64,000 nucleotides of DNA from Vulcanimicrobiaceae bacterium (lineage in GTDB: Bacteria > Vulcanimicrobiota > Vulcanimicrobiia > Vulcanimicrobiales > Vulcanimicrobiaceae): the NCBI GenBank assembly GCA_035279385.1, contig DATEHZ010000061.1, positions 4,310 to 68,309 of the forward strand, written 5' to 3'. Below, piece after piece: positions 52,949 to 61,616 of this stretch; position 1 is the first letter of the stretch; every line of letters begins with the position of its first letter. Made by a program: the position numbers and the translations under genes. Under the pieces are notes generated by a model. That model was not told the origin of the DNA. It saw only the letters and a program-made list of their open reading frames with translations, and searched no databases.

Positions 52949-53368
52949 TCATTCGCCGGACGGTTGAACATCTGGATCGAGGCGCAGCCAATCACCCTGT
53001 AATAAAATTGCTGCCGGACCGTGGTTTTCGTTCAACGATCCAAGCATGGCCGCCACATGCATATCGTGTATGTCGCGCAGCTGTGGCGCGTACTTCTTCG
53101 GACCACTAAATGACATTTCGAACACGGCCCATTCGTCAGTGCCGGGAAGGGGCCACACCGCGGTTCGTTCATGGAACTTGCGCAAATGCGCCAGTGGAAC
53201 GCTTTCGGTGTCGAGATAAACTTGTTTGTCCCTGCTCCGCCGCAATCGCTGCGCGAGATCGGCCGATTCCGGGTGAAGGCGGAAGCGAATTGCAGACCGG
53301 TACGTGATGCGGTCGTTTGCAAGCGTGATTTGCGGGTCAAGACTTGGTTTACTGTTCATCTCATTCAC
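52949..53368 (-). CDS. Hypothetical protein
   Basis: 139-aa ORF. No family recognised. Confidence 0.45.
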   Translation of the reverse strand: MNEMNSKPSLDPQITLANDRITYRSAIRFRLHPESADLAQRLRRSRDKQVYLDTESVPLAHLRKFHERTAVWPLPGTDEWAVFEMSFSGPKKYAPQLRDIHDMHVAAMLGSLNENHGPAAILLQGDWLRLDPDVQPSGE

Positions 53369-53405
53369 CGCGCCTTTGCCGTGCGCGCCATGCGTCGGCG
53401 CGTCA

Positions 53406-53780
53406 TTAGACGTCCGGCTTTTCTACGAATAGGTGACCGTTCGCGTCCACGTTGATCCGCGCGTAAACACGCTTTGATGCTGCCGCGATAACCTGGGGAA
53501 GACCGCGGTGCGCGTCCAGGCGCTGTAGCTCAAAGTCGCCATCGTCCGCACCAAGGCGGTGGATGGCCAGATCGCTCGCGAAAACCTGCACCGCCTCTGT
53601 CCCGAATCCCTCATCTGCGCGCGTGTTTAATCCCCGAACGGGCTCAACGTCAAATTTCGTTCCGCGGACGCTCCGCTCGACGTACGCCTTAAACCGTTGC
53701 TCACCGCGCTCCATTTGCGGGCCGCCCGACGTGCTTCCCATAGTGAGGCGTACGGCGCCACAGCCTTCAACGTCCTGCAA
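53406..53780 (-). CDS. Hypothetical protein (start uncertain)
   Basis: 124-aa ORF. No family recognised. Confidence 0.4.
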   Translation of the reverse strand: MQDVEGCGAVRLTMGSTSGGPQMERGEQRFKAYVERSVRGTKFDVEPVRGLNTRADEGFGTEAVQVFASDLAIHRLGADDGDFELQRLDAHRGLPQVIAAASKRVYARINVDANGHLFVEKPDV

Positions 53781-53802
53781 AGCTGGCGATAAGCGGCTGT
53801 TA

Positions 53803-54219
53803 TCAGTAGGTAACGTACGCGTCCCCCGGCGGTAAATCGAGGCAGTCTAGTAGAAGGCTCGCGAGCGTTTCGAGCGCTGCTCGAAGATCCTTTGCGTTGT
53901 TCTGGAGCCAACACCATTTTTGGTTTTTCGTCGCGCGTTCTATCTGGGTCGCGTATCGCATGATTTGTGTCGCCCCGACGCAGCGGGCACCCTCGCGAAG
54001 CTTATCGCACAGATAGAGCACCGAGGTCCAATCGCGATCCGCGATCGCGCCCGCTATGCGCGCCGAGGTTTGCGTTGCATCGGGCAACCAGATTTTGCGA
54101 ACGAATTCGAACGCTGCGTCGACATCGCAATCGAAGAATTCGGCGACTCGTGCCAGGTCATCGGGATTGAGGCACATCGCCTCCAAATCCGCATCGCGCA
54201 TCACGTCCACCCTTTCCAT
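53803..54219 (-). CDS. Four-helix, HPt-like protein lacking the phospho-accepting His (speculative)
   Basis: WTSVLYLCDKLREGARCVGATQIMRYATQIE resembles the HPt pattern ..H.LKGSA..LGA..L...LE with His replaced. Confidence 0.35.
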   Translation of the reverse strand: MERVDVMRDADLEAMCLNPDDLARVAEFFDCDVDAAFEFVRKIWLPDATQTSARIAGAIADRDWTSVLYLCDKLREGARCVGATQIMRYATQIERATKNQKWCWLQNNAKDLRAALETLASLLLDCLDLPPGDAYVTY

Positions 54220-54352
54220 GACGACGCGCCGCTGGCTAAAGGCCGACGCCGCGCATATCGGTGTGCCCCCTTGCTTTATAGGACTATCGGCCCATAGTTG
54301 GGGACGAGAAACGTCGCAGTTCTTTGTAAAGAGCGCGCAAAGCGAATGCGGG

Positions 54353-54559
54353 TTACGCCCGGGATTTAGTGAGCGTTACATCGTCGCACCGGAACGTCAG
54401 ACGCTGAAATTCGCCCGGCGGGAAGCACACCGTCTCTATGGTCACGGTATTGCGTGTCATCGCTACAACGGTGCCGTCACCGCCGCGTTGCGGGTCCATC
54501 TGGCTATACTCGCGCTTGCGCCACGAGACACGATCGCCAATTTTAAATTCGGTCATCAT
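54353..54559 (-). CDS. Small (68 aa) hypothetical protein, intact copy of the duplicated gene
   Basis: MMTEFKIGDRVSWRK...; paralogous remnant at 52719..52932. Confidence 0.5.
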   Translation of the reverse strand: MMTEFKIGDRVSWRKREYSQMDPQRGGDGTVVAMTRNTVTIETVCFPPGEFQRLTFRCDDVTLTKSRA

Positions 54560-54797
54560 GTTGCGCCTATAACACGGCGGCCCGCGTGCGGTCAAACGCC
54601 GGCGGGCTAATCGCATAAAAAACAGGAAGGCCCGCTGAAAGCGAGCCTCTCTGTCGTCGCGTACGCGGTTCCCCGCGTACCGGGTGTGGGCGACGATTGA
54701 GCGCGATTCGGCCAACATCAAGATTGACCTTCGCTAGTCCCGAAGGTGCGCTACATGTGAATCTCTTCGGTTGTGTTCCGCGCCGAATTGCTCGCCA

Positions 54798-55142
54798 TTA
54801 CTTTCCCTCCGCATTGCCGCGGCGCCGCTCACTATTTTGCTGTGCCTGGTCAAGCGCGTGCAGCACGGCCATTGCGTCGTCGCTGTCGTTAAGCCAGATC
54901 GTTTCAGTGGGGCCACCGAAGGGCGGTTTGCACGATGGCGCCGACTGAACCGTGATGCCTAAGCGTCGGCACCGACGTTCTTTCGCCGCAGTAACGCACT
55001 TATCGCACGTCGCGCGGTCAGATTCCGTTTCCGAAGTACCGCACATGATGCAAAGGCCGGCTGCGCGCAGGCGCTGTAGGCGCCGGCGCCGAGTGGCGCG
55101 AGCCCTGGCCTTTGCGTCGCTGTGTATTTTACGTCGCGGCAT
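54798..55142 (-). CDS. Basic zinc-ribbon protein, hypothetical
   Basis: Arg-rich N-terminus and GLCIMCG...CDKC. Confidence 0.5.
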   Translation of the reverse strand: MPRRKIHSDAKARARATRRRRLQRLRAAGLCIMCGTSETESDRATCDKCVTAAKERRCRRLGITVQSAPSCKPPFGGPTETIWLNDSDDAMAVLHALDQAQQNSERRRGNAEGK

Positions 55143-55155
55143 ATGACTGAAGCGG

Positions 55156-55320
55156 CTATTCCATCAAGGGTTTGCGTAATTCCGCCGCGATCGCCGAGAT
55201 TCTTGTGTCTAGTACATCAGCCATGCGTGGTGCAACGCGTGCGACCACCTCGGCGAGGGTGCCGACGAAGCCTCCTACAGCCATTTCGAGCGTCGGATAT
55301 GTTACAGTGATTTCTGCCAT
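55156..55320 (-). CDS. Possible 54-aa ORF downstream of the tyrosine recombinase
   Basis: MAEITVTYPTLEMAVGGFVGTLAEVV...; weak SD. Below the ORF-track cutoff. Confidence 0.3.
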   Translation of the reverse strand: MAEITVTYPTLEMAVGGFVGTLAEVVARVAPRMADVLDTRISAIAAELRKPLME

Positions 55321-55418
55321 GATGAAGACCCTTTCGTTATGGCGCGGTCGGGCGGTCGTGGCTGCGATCGCTCGACCTTCAGTGATGTTCGGGTTCTCTG
55401 TTACGCTGGTGAAGTCGC

Positions 55419-56399
55419 TTACCGGACGATGCTGGCGAGCGCGGGATCTTTGAACAGATCGGCCCTTCTGATATAGCCGCTCAGAACCGCCATACTCTTG
55501 TGCCGCGTCGTTCTGCTGATATTATCGAGCGTCGCGCCGGCCTCCGCGGCGCTCGTCACGAATCCGGCGCGCAGGGAATGCCCGCTGAAGTCGCCCTCGA
55601 GCCGCGCGCGGTCCGCAACCGTCTTCACGAGGTTCGCGACGTCGCGCCCGTCGATGCGCCGCTCCGTGAGCTGGCCGCGCAGCGTGAACGAGCGGAATGC
55701 CGGACCCGCAGTGAGGGCGGCAGCCTCCAGCCACGCCCGCACGGCCGTCGCCGCGCACAGTGCACGGTTCGCGACGTATGGCACGGCAATCTCGCACCCT
55801 TCGCCGATCTGGTCGGTTTTTGAACGACGAATCGTGACGAGAAGTCCCTGCTTTGCGAAGTGCAGATCCACAACGTCCAGCGCGGCTATCTCACTGCGGC
55901 GCAGCGCGGCTGCAAAGCCAAGCAGCAGAATCGCGCGATCGCGCAGCGCCTTCACACCGTCGCCGTTCACCGCGAGCAAAGCCTGCCGCAGAACATCGAG
56001 CGTAATGGCGGTTTTCTTCGCCTGCGATGCTCCCAGCGTGCGCGCGATGCCTTGGAGTATCCGGCGCACCATATCGTGCCTTGTCGGCGATTCCAGGCCG
56101 CGCTCGCGGTGCGCCTGCGAAATCGCGACCATGCGCCGGCGGATCGTCGCAAGCTTTACGCGCTGCGCGAGATCTGAGGCGTACAGCGCGACGGTCTGCG
56201 GATCGGCGGGAAGCGCCGGCGCTCCGTGGCGGCGGCAGAACGCTTCGAAGTCGCGCAGGTCGCTGCCGTACGCGCGGCGCGTCGACGACGACTTCGCGGC
56301 TTCAGCGAACGCACGTGCACGGTTGACGGCGGCCGGCTCGATGTGCGCCCGATAAGTCTTGCTTACCGGTAACGTGGGAGTGTCTTGCAGCGCGAGCAT
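55419..56399 (-). CDS. Tyrosine recombinase/integrase
   Basis: SAM-like N-domain (RRAYGSDLRDFEAFC). Catalytic region ALRRSE..., HSLRAGF, RHKS...YIR. Start set to the ATG 1 nt after the upstream stop. Confidence 0.85.
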   Translation of the reverse strand: MLALQDTPTLPVSKTYRAHIEPAAVNRARAFAEAAKSSSTRRAYGSDLRDFEAFCRRHGAPALPADPQTVALYASDLAQRVKLATIRRRMVAISQAHRERGLESPTRHDMVRRILQGIARTLGASQAKKTAITLDVLRQALLAVNGDGVKALRDRAILLLGFAAALRRSEIAALDVVDLHFAKQGLLVTIRRSKTDQIGEGCEIAVPYVANRALCAATAVRAWLEAAALTAGPAFRSFTLRGQLTERRIDGRDVANLVKTVADRARLEGDFSGHSLRAGFVTSAAEAGATLDNISRTTRHKSMAVLSGYIRRADLFKDPALASIVR

Positions 56400-56400
56400 G

Positions 56401-56649
56401 TTAGCGCACCTTCGCGCGCGGCGAAACCGCTTCGTGCTCAATCGAGCCGTTGGGGTGGAAGTGCGAGATACCCAGACTATCGCGCACGGTGATGGTGCCG
56501 TTCATCTTCGGCCGATCGGCATCGTATGCAGCGGCGAGTTCGTTGAAGAAGTCCCGCGCCTCATCGGCTGAGAGTTCGCGTCCGGCGAGCATGGGGTTCA
56601 CTTTCGAGAAACGTTCTTTGACGTAGGCGACGGCGTTAGGCGACGGCAT
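56401..56649 (-). CDS. Hypothetical protein
   Basis: 82 aa, tightly packed between neighbouring genes. Confidence 0.45.
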   Translation of the reverse strand: MPSPNAVAYVKERFSKVNPMLAGRELSADEARDFFNELAAAYDADRPKMNGTITVRDSLGISHFHPNGSIEHEAVSPRAKVR

Positions 56650-56651
56650 CG

Positions 56652-57179
56652 TTAGGCGACCTCCCGTGTCGCGATCGCTGCGCAGTAGTCGTGCGCGGCG
56701 CGGAAGAACGCGAACTCACCCGCAGCCGGCAGATCGATGCGGTCGACGCGCTCGTCGAAGCGATAGACGGCCATCGAGTCGCCGGAGCGCTCAAAGCGCA
56801 GATCTCCGATGACGAGCGTAAACACCTCGCGCGCCGGAGCGGGGCGCCTCGAAAGGCGCACAATGCCTGGACCGGTGATCGTGAAGACGTCGCAGCCGGG
56901 ATGCTTCGCGAGTTTCGAGCGTAGTACGCGGATAGCGCTCCACGCGTTGCTGTAGTCCGCGGCGAGCGCGCGCAGCGAATCGAGCGCCTTGGCGAGGTCA
57001 CCGCCGCTTACATGGTGCGCGTGGCGCAGAAGGCGCGTCGTGCTGAGGTGGTTGTTCTTGGGCGAGTGGATGGCCCAGCGGTTATCGGCGCTAGCGCGCT
57101 TCGGGGCCGTGTGCGATACTGGATGCGTCATCGGTGAGGTCCTTTCTCCCGGTGGCACGGCCTCGGCGGTCTCATTCAC
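56652..57179 (-). CDS. Hypothetical protein
   Basis: 175 aa. No family recognised. Confidence 0.45.
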   Translation of the reverse strand: MNETAEAVPPGERTSPMTHPVSHTAPKRASADNRWAIHSPKNNHLSTTRLLRHAHHVSGGDLAKALDSLRALAADYSNAWSAIRVLRSKLAKHPGCDVFTITGPGIVRLSRRPAPAREVFTLVIGDLRFERSGDSMAVYRFDERVDRIDLPAAGEFAFFRAAHDYCAAIATREVA

Positions 57180-57210
57180 TGCCGGGGCCTCTTGCTTTGT
57201 GGTTATCAGT

Positions 57211-57471
57211 CTAGCAGTTATGCTGCGCCATCTGCACGTCGCGCAGCGTATTGACTTCGCGCATTTGCTCCGACTTCTCGTCCATCATCTCGTCGAACGC
57301 TTGCGACTGCAGTTGCATCTGTTCCTGATGATGGATTTGCTGCGCGTACATGCCGAGTTGAAAGAGCTCGTCGCCGTTGTTCATGCCGTTCAGCGCGAGG
57401 TTCGATCCGATGTTCGTCGCGCCGCTGAGCAGCGTCGAGCCGATGCTCAGTAAGGTCGGAAGATATGACAT
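57211..57471 (-). CDS. Small protein: Gly/Ser/Leu-rich N-terminus and Gln/Glu-rich helical C-terminus
   Basis: ATG 7 nt after AAAGGAG. MSYLPTLLSIGSTLLSGATNIGSNLALNG.. 86 aa. Confidence 0.5.
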   Translation of the reverse strand: MSYLPTLLSIGSTLLSGATNIGSNLALNGMNNGDELFQLGMYAQQIHHQEQMQLQSQAFDEMMDEKSEQMREVNTLRDVQMAQHNC

Positions 57472-57484
57472 GGTGAGCGCTCCT

Positions 57485-57763
57485 TTATGCGGCGATGGAT
57501 TCCGGATCGACGAGCGATGCAAAATCCGCATGCGCTTTCGCGAACGACGAGAGCGCGTTGACGTTGTGCTGCTCGAGCGGGTTTTCCGCAGCGAGCTGTG
57601 CGAGAAGCGGCGACTGCGCCGATGCGCCGGCGTTCGACGCGCCGCTATCGGAAAAGCACGTTATGGCTCCGGCGCCGGCCGCGATAACGGGGTTGCCGGT
57701 TTCCGCCAGCGTTTCCAGGCCCGTCGTGATGCCTTTCACGATGCCTCCAAGACTCAAGTGCAT
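57485..57763 (-). CDS. Small Gly/Ala/Ser-rich protein
   Basis: ATG 8 nt after AAAGGAG. MHLSLGGIVKGITTGLETLAETGNPVIAAGAGA.. 92 aa. Confidence 0.5.
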   Translation of the reverse strand: MHLSLGGIVKGITTGLETLAETGNPVIAAGAGAITCFSDSGASNAGASAQSPLLAQLAAENPLEQHNVNALSSFAKAHADFASLVDPESIAA

Positions 57764-57812
57764 GGCAATTGCTCCTTTGAAAGATGTCGCTGCACTATCA
57801 CGCGCGGCAACG

Positions 57813-58451
57813 TTAGCTGCTAGAGTCCTCGCCCGAAAAGATGATGGAGCCGAAGTCGACGGCGCAGTCCTGCGGCCGGTGGTGCGTCGACTGCGGCGCC
57901 GGCGGCGGCTGCATCGAGGCAAAAGAGAAGAGCGCGTTGACGCTGCGCCGTTCGCTCGGGCTTTCCGCGGATGCATCCTCGGTAAGGGCTTGCTGCGTCG
58001 TGCAGGCGAGATTCGCGTAGTGCCGCAGCACGGAATCCGCGTAGCCCAGGCGCGCGCCGTCCGTCCATTGCGTGACGGTGCCCGTTGCACGCGGGCTGCC
58101 TGCGTTGTACGCCGAGAGCGCTTCGTGCACGTCGCCGCCGTACCGCTTGAGCAAACCCGCGATCATGCCGGCAGCATAGTCGGCATTCGCCCGCGGCTGC
58201 ATCGCCGCCGCGCTGTTTGCAAATGCGTGAAAGCGATCGTCGATTTGAAAGACGCCGTGCCCGTGACCGCCGTCGCCCACGATGTTGCGTCCCGCGTTGC
58301 TTCCGGGGCCGCCCGTCTCTTGCGCCGCAACCGCTGCAAGCAGTCGCGGATCGAGTCCGTACTTAGCGGCAGCCGCGGCAATGTCGGGCGCAAATGCGAC
58401 GCCCGCTTGCGAGAGCGCGCGAGCGCTCTGCGTGATGCTCGAGATACTCAT
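57813..58451 (-). CDS. Lytic transglycosylase (SLT domain)
   Basis: LLAAVAAQETGG (catalytic Glu), GVFQID and AYNAG motifs. Confidence 0.8.
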   Translation of the reverse strand: MSISSITQSARALSQAGVAFAPDIAAAAAKYGLDPRLLAAVAAQETGGPGSNAGRNIVGDGGHGHGVFQIDDRFHAFANSAAAMQPRANADYAAGMIAGLLKRYGGDVHEALSAYNAGSPRATGTVTQWTDGARLGYADSVLRHYANLACTTQQALTEDASAESPSERRSVNALFSFASMQPPPAPQSTHHRPQDCAVDFGSIIFSGEDSSS

Positions 58452-58494
58452 GCGTACCCATCACGCCGGACGCCGCGAGCGGCAACGGCGTAGC

Positions 58495-59835
58495 TTAGGA
58501 GCAGCCGTTTGAGGTGAGCAGGACGTAGCCGTCGCTCGAGGCGATGCTCAGCGGGTTCGTGACGCTGCGCCCGTCGATGTCGGCGTACGAATGACCCGAA
58601 GGCAGCGCCGCATTCACCGCAGTTGCCGGCAGCGAGCCGGAATTGAGCACGACCAGGCCGCCCGAGAACTTGCGATAGTATATGTACGGACCGCCCGAAT
58701 ACGGGCCGCACGGCGTCCCGATCTTTGCGTCGTACTCCGGGTAGTTGTGCTCCTGTCCGCCGGTCGAGGGCGACATGTACATGTACGCGCGGCCTTCGTT
58801 CGCCATGAAGTACGCGGCGACGGCGTATTCGCGCTGCGAAATGCTCGTCGACGCTACGCCGCCGAACGAGTCGATGACGTACACCGCAAGCCCGCGCTGT
58901 TGCGCGGCGATCAGATAATCGGTCGTGAATCTGAAGAGATTCGCGTCGCCGGGCGAGGTGTAGCGGCCGCCGCGCGTGTAGCCGTTCTCGTCGAGAATGC
59001 CGTCGGTGTTTTGCAGCAGCGCCTGTTCGTTCGGATCCGAAGGATTTCCGAGCGGATGATTGATGATGATTTTCAGATGATAGGGCGCGAGCGTCGCATC
59101 GTTCTGCACGATATGCCGCGCCGCTTTGACGAACGCCACCATGTCGGCCGTCCATGCGGGGTCGTGAACGCCGCTGTACCGGCGGACGAACGTCCCGCTG
59201 CGCCAGATACCGCAGGCGAATTCGCCGGGTTTGACGCTTTGCCCGAAATTGGGATTGCCGCCGACCATCGCATCGACGAAGACGATTTGGTCGATCGCCA
59301 GCGCGTTGTGACCGTTGGCAATCGCGCTCGCACCGTTGAGCTGCCGAACTTGGTAATCGATGACGTCCGGATTATGGAAATCGAGCGGCACGTCCGCGCG
59401 GTCGACGCCGCCCCAGCACGCGAGGTCGTGCGTCGGGTTGCCGCTTGCGTCGCACGCGTACAGAATCCAGTCGGGATGGTTGCTCTGCCACCACGCCAGA
59501 TCGTGCCCCGAAAGAAGCGAGCGGTCTTCCTGCGGGATGAAATAGCGGGAGACCAGCATCCCAGGGTGTACGCTCAGCCACGGCTCGGCCTGGACGGCGC
59601 CCCATACGCCGTCGTAGCGAGCGGCGTCGTTTCGGATCTGCGCGGGCGTCATGAAGCGGTCGAACTCTTGAAAGAGCCCCACCCGGCCGGTCGTGTCGAT
59701 GAAAGAAGCGGGCGCCTGGGGGCCGGGCGCAGAGGTGGGGGGCGGCTGCACGCTTCCTGCGCCTGCGCCGCCGGCACCGCCTCCACCGCAGGCAGCCAGC
59801 AAGATAGCGATAAGAAGGATGGGCAGGCGCTTCAT
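58495..59835 (-). CDS. Lipoprotein, possibly glycoside-hydrolase-like
   Basis: Lipobox LLAAC + Gly linker. 446 aa. Family not firmly recognised. Confidence 0.55.
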   Translation of the reverse strand: MKRLPILLIAILLAACGGGGAGGAGAGSVQPPPTSAPGPQAPASFIDTTGRVGLFQEFDRFMTPAQIRNDAARYDGVWGAVQAEPWLSVHPGMLVSRYFIPQEDRSLLSGHDLAWWQSNHPDWILYACDASGNPTHDLACWGGVDRADVPLDFHNPDVIDYQVRQLNGASAIANGHNALAIDQIVFVDAMVGGNPNFGQSVKPGEFACGIWRSGTFVRRYSGVHDPAWTADMVAFVKAARHIVQNDATLAPYHLKIIINHPLGNPSDPNEQALLQNTDGILDENGYTRGGRYTSPGDANLFRFTTDYLIAAQQRGLAVYVIDSFGGVASTSISQREYAVAAYFMANEGRAYMYMSPSTGGQEHNYPEYDAKIGTPCGPYSGGPYIYYRKFSGGLVVLNSGSLPATAVNAALPSGHSYADIDGRSVTNPLSIASSDGYVLLTSNGCS

Positions 59836-59866
59836 CCTGATCGCATTGTTCCCCCGACCACGGCGT

Positions 59867-59896
59867 TTGACAAGCCGCTCCTGCGGGGTCTACAAT
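59867..59896 (+). promoter_or_regulatory. Sigma70-type promoter of the yceD-rpmF-fab operon
   Basis: TTGACA-18 nt-TACAAT, about 49 nt upstream of the yceD ATG. Confidence 0.5.
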
Positions 59897-59944
59897 GTCT
59901 CGAGTTTAGAAGGCCCCCAAAAACGGGCGGCCTTCCTCTATGTT

Positions 59945-60412
59945 ATGGGTTCTTCGCACAAGGTCGATATCGGCGCCCTGCTCGCGGGCGGACGGCAGCG
60001 TTTGTCGGTAGAGCAGCAGGTGGCTCTGGAGCCGTTCGAGGGGGTAACCTTCCCCGAGCCGGCGCGCGTGCATCTGGAGGTGTATTCGTCCGGAGACACG
60101 CTCGAGATCGCCGGCACGATCGACGTGGAGATCCATGGCGAGTGCGACAGATGTTTGGGTGAAGTCGATCGTGACCTGCACCTCGACGTCGACGAACAGT
60201 TCGCGGTGGACGGTGAAGCGCAAGCGGATCCGTTCGGCGAGAGCAACGTGCTGACGGGTGACCGTCTGGACGTCAACGATCTGACAACGCAGCTCGTGTG
60301 CAGCGCGGTCCCGCTCGGACTGCTCTGCTCGCAAGACTGCAAGGGCATCTGCCCGACCTGCGGCGAGAACAAAAATACGGGCGCGTGTAACTGCGAGCCC
60401 ACGGAGCAATAG
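59945..60412 (+). CDS. yceD: YceD/DUF177 family protein
   Basis: C-terminal CSQDCKGICPTCGENKN..C.C. Conserved position upstream of rpmF. Confidence 0.8.
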   Translation: MGSSHKVDIGALLAGGRQRLSVEQQVALEPFEGVTFPEPARVHLEVYSSGDTLEIAGTIDVEIHGECDRCLGEVDRDLHLDVDEQFAVDGEAQADPFGESNVLTGDRLDVNDLTTQLVCSAVPLGLLCSQDCKGICPTCGENKNTGACNCEPTEQ

Positions 60413-60416
60413 AACA

Positions 60417-60623
60417 GTGGCGAACCTGAAGTGGAAAACTCCGCGCAGCAAGACGCGCAGCCGTCGCGCGGCAAACTGGAAATTGAACGCGGTGACGACC
60501 GTCGAGTGTCCGCAGTGTCACGCGCCCAAGCGCCCGCATTTCGTATGCGAGCATTGCGGCACGTACGGCGGCCGCCAGGTCATCGAAGTTAAGGACGAAC
60601 ACGCCGGGCACACGCACGGCTAA
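60417..60623 (+). CDS. rpmF: 50S ribosomal protein L32
   Basis: GTG start. KTPRSKTRSRRA.. and CPQC...CEHCG zinc ribbon. Confidence 0.9.
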   Translation: MANLKWKTPRSKTRSRRAANWKLNAVTTVECPQCHAPKRPHFVCEHCGTYGGRQVIEVKDEHAGHTHG

Positions 60624-60626
60624 ACG

Positions 60627-61616
60627 TTGACTTCAAGCGGCGTACGGATCCTCGCGGTGGGGCATCATGCGCCATCGGCGATTCTTTCGAACGAGGATCT
60701 CGAGAAGGTACTCGATACTTCGGACGAGTGGATCACCACACGTACGGGGATGAAGCGCCGTCACGTCTCCGCCCCGGAAGAAGCGACGAGCGACCTCGCT
60801 ATCGCGGCGGCGCGCATGGCGCTGGGGCGCGCCGGCCTCCAGCCCGGCGACATGGATTGCTACATCGTGGCGACCGTCACGCCGGACTTTCCGTTTCCGG
60901 CGACGGCATGCATCGTTGCCTCGAAGCTGGGCGCCTCGGACAAAGCGGCGTTCGACATCGAAATCGCGTGCAGCGGATTCATCTACGGCCTCACGGTCGC
61001 GTCGAGTTTGATCCGCTCTGGCGTGTACAAACGGGTCATGCTCATCGGCGCGGAAACGCTCACGAAGATCGTCAGCCGCCGCGACCGGTCCACCGCGGTG
61101 CTCTTCGGTGACGGTGCGGGCGCCGTCATTCTCGAAGCGGCAAAAACCGATTCATTTCTCTCGAGCGAACTGGGCTCCGACGGCAGCCGTCCCGAAGTGC
61201 TGCGCGTGCCCGCGGGCGGTTCCCGCACGCCGCTCAGCGCCGCGCTGCTCGATGCCGGCCAGCAATACATCTACATGGAAGGCCGTGAAGTCTTCAAGTT
61301 CGCGGTCACCAAGATGATCGAAGCCACGGACAGCGCGCTCAAAAAAGCGCATCTCGAAAAGAGCGACGTCGACTGGCTCATTCCGCATCAGGCGAATAAG
61401 CGCATCATCGATTCGGCGGCAAAATATCTGCAGATGCCCGAAGATAAAGTGATCGTGAACATTCACGAATACGGAAATACGTCGGCTGCATCGATTCCAA
61501 TTGCGCTTTCGGAAGCCGTGCAGTCCGGAAAGATCAAAAACGGCGACGTGATCGTATTCGTCGGTTTCGGCGGCGGTCTGTCGTGGGGCGCGGTGACATG
61601 GAGGTGGGCGGCATGA
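60627..61616 (+). CDS. fabH: Beta-ketoacyl-ACP synthase III
   Basis: TSDEWITTRTGMKRR, ACSGFIYGL (active-site Cys), HQAN and GNTSAASIP. Confidence 0.9.
   Translation: MTSSGVRILAVGHHAPSAILSNEDLEKVLDTSDEWITTRTGMKRRHVSAPEEATSDLAIAAARMALGRAGLQPGDMDCYIVATVTPDFPFPATACIVASKLGASDKAAFDIEIACSGFIYGLTVASSLIRSGVYKRVMLIGAETLTKIVSRRDRSTAVLFGDGAGAVILEAAKTDSFLSSELGSDGSRPEVLRVPAGGSRTPLSAALLDAGQQYIYMEGREVFKFAVTKMIEATDSALKKAHLEKSDVDWLIPHQANKRIIDSAAKYLQMPEDKVIVNIHEYGNTSAASIPIALSEAVQSGKIKNGDVIVFVGFGGGLSWGAVTWRWAA

Larger units (their letters stand above)
37416..58494. mobile_element. About 21-kb mosaic integrated element (degraded prophage/satellite/plasmid-like); boundaries approximate
   Basis: Serine recombinase at the left edge, then XRE, rep-like gene with iterons, J-domain protein, tape-measure-like protein, tyrosine recombinase and SLT. 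Mostly family-less ORFs. Core genes resume at or after 58495. Confidence 0.5.

Noticed and set aside
60621-60629. Absence of plsX between rpmF and fabH, and absence of whiA after rapZ-yvcK.
   Set aside because: Gene order in these clusters varies among phyla, and the missing genes may be elsewhere in the genome. Not evidence of anything unusual within this window.
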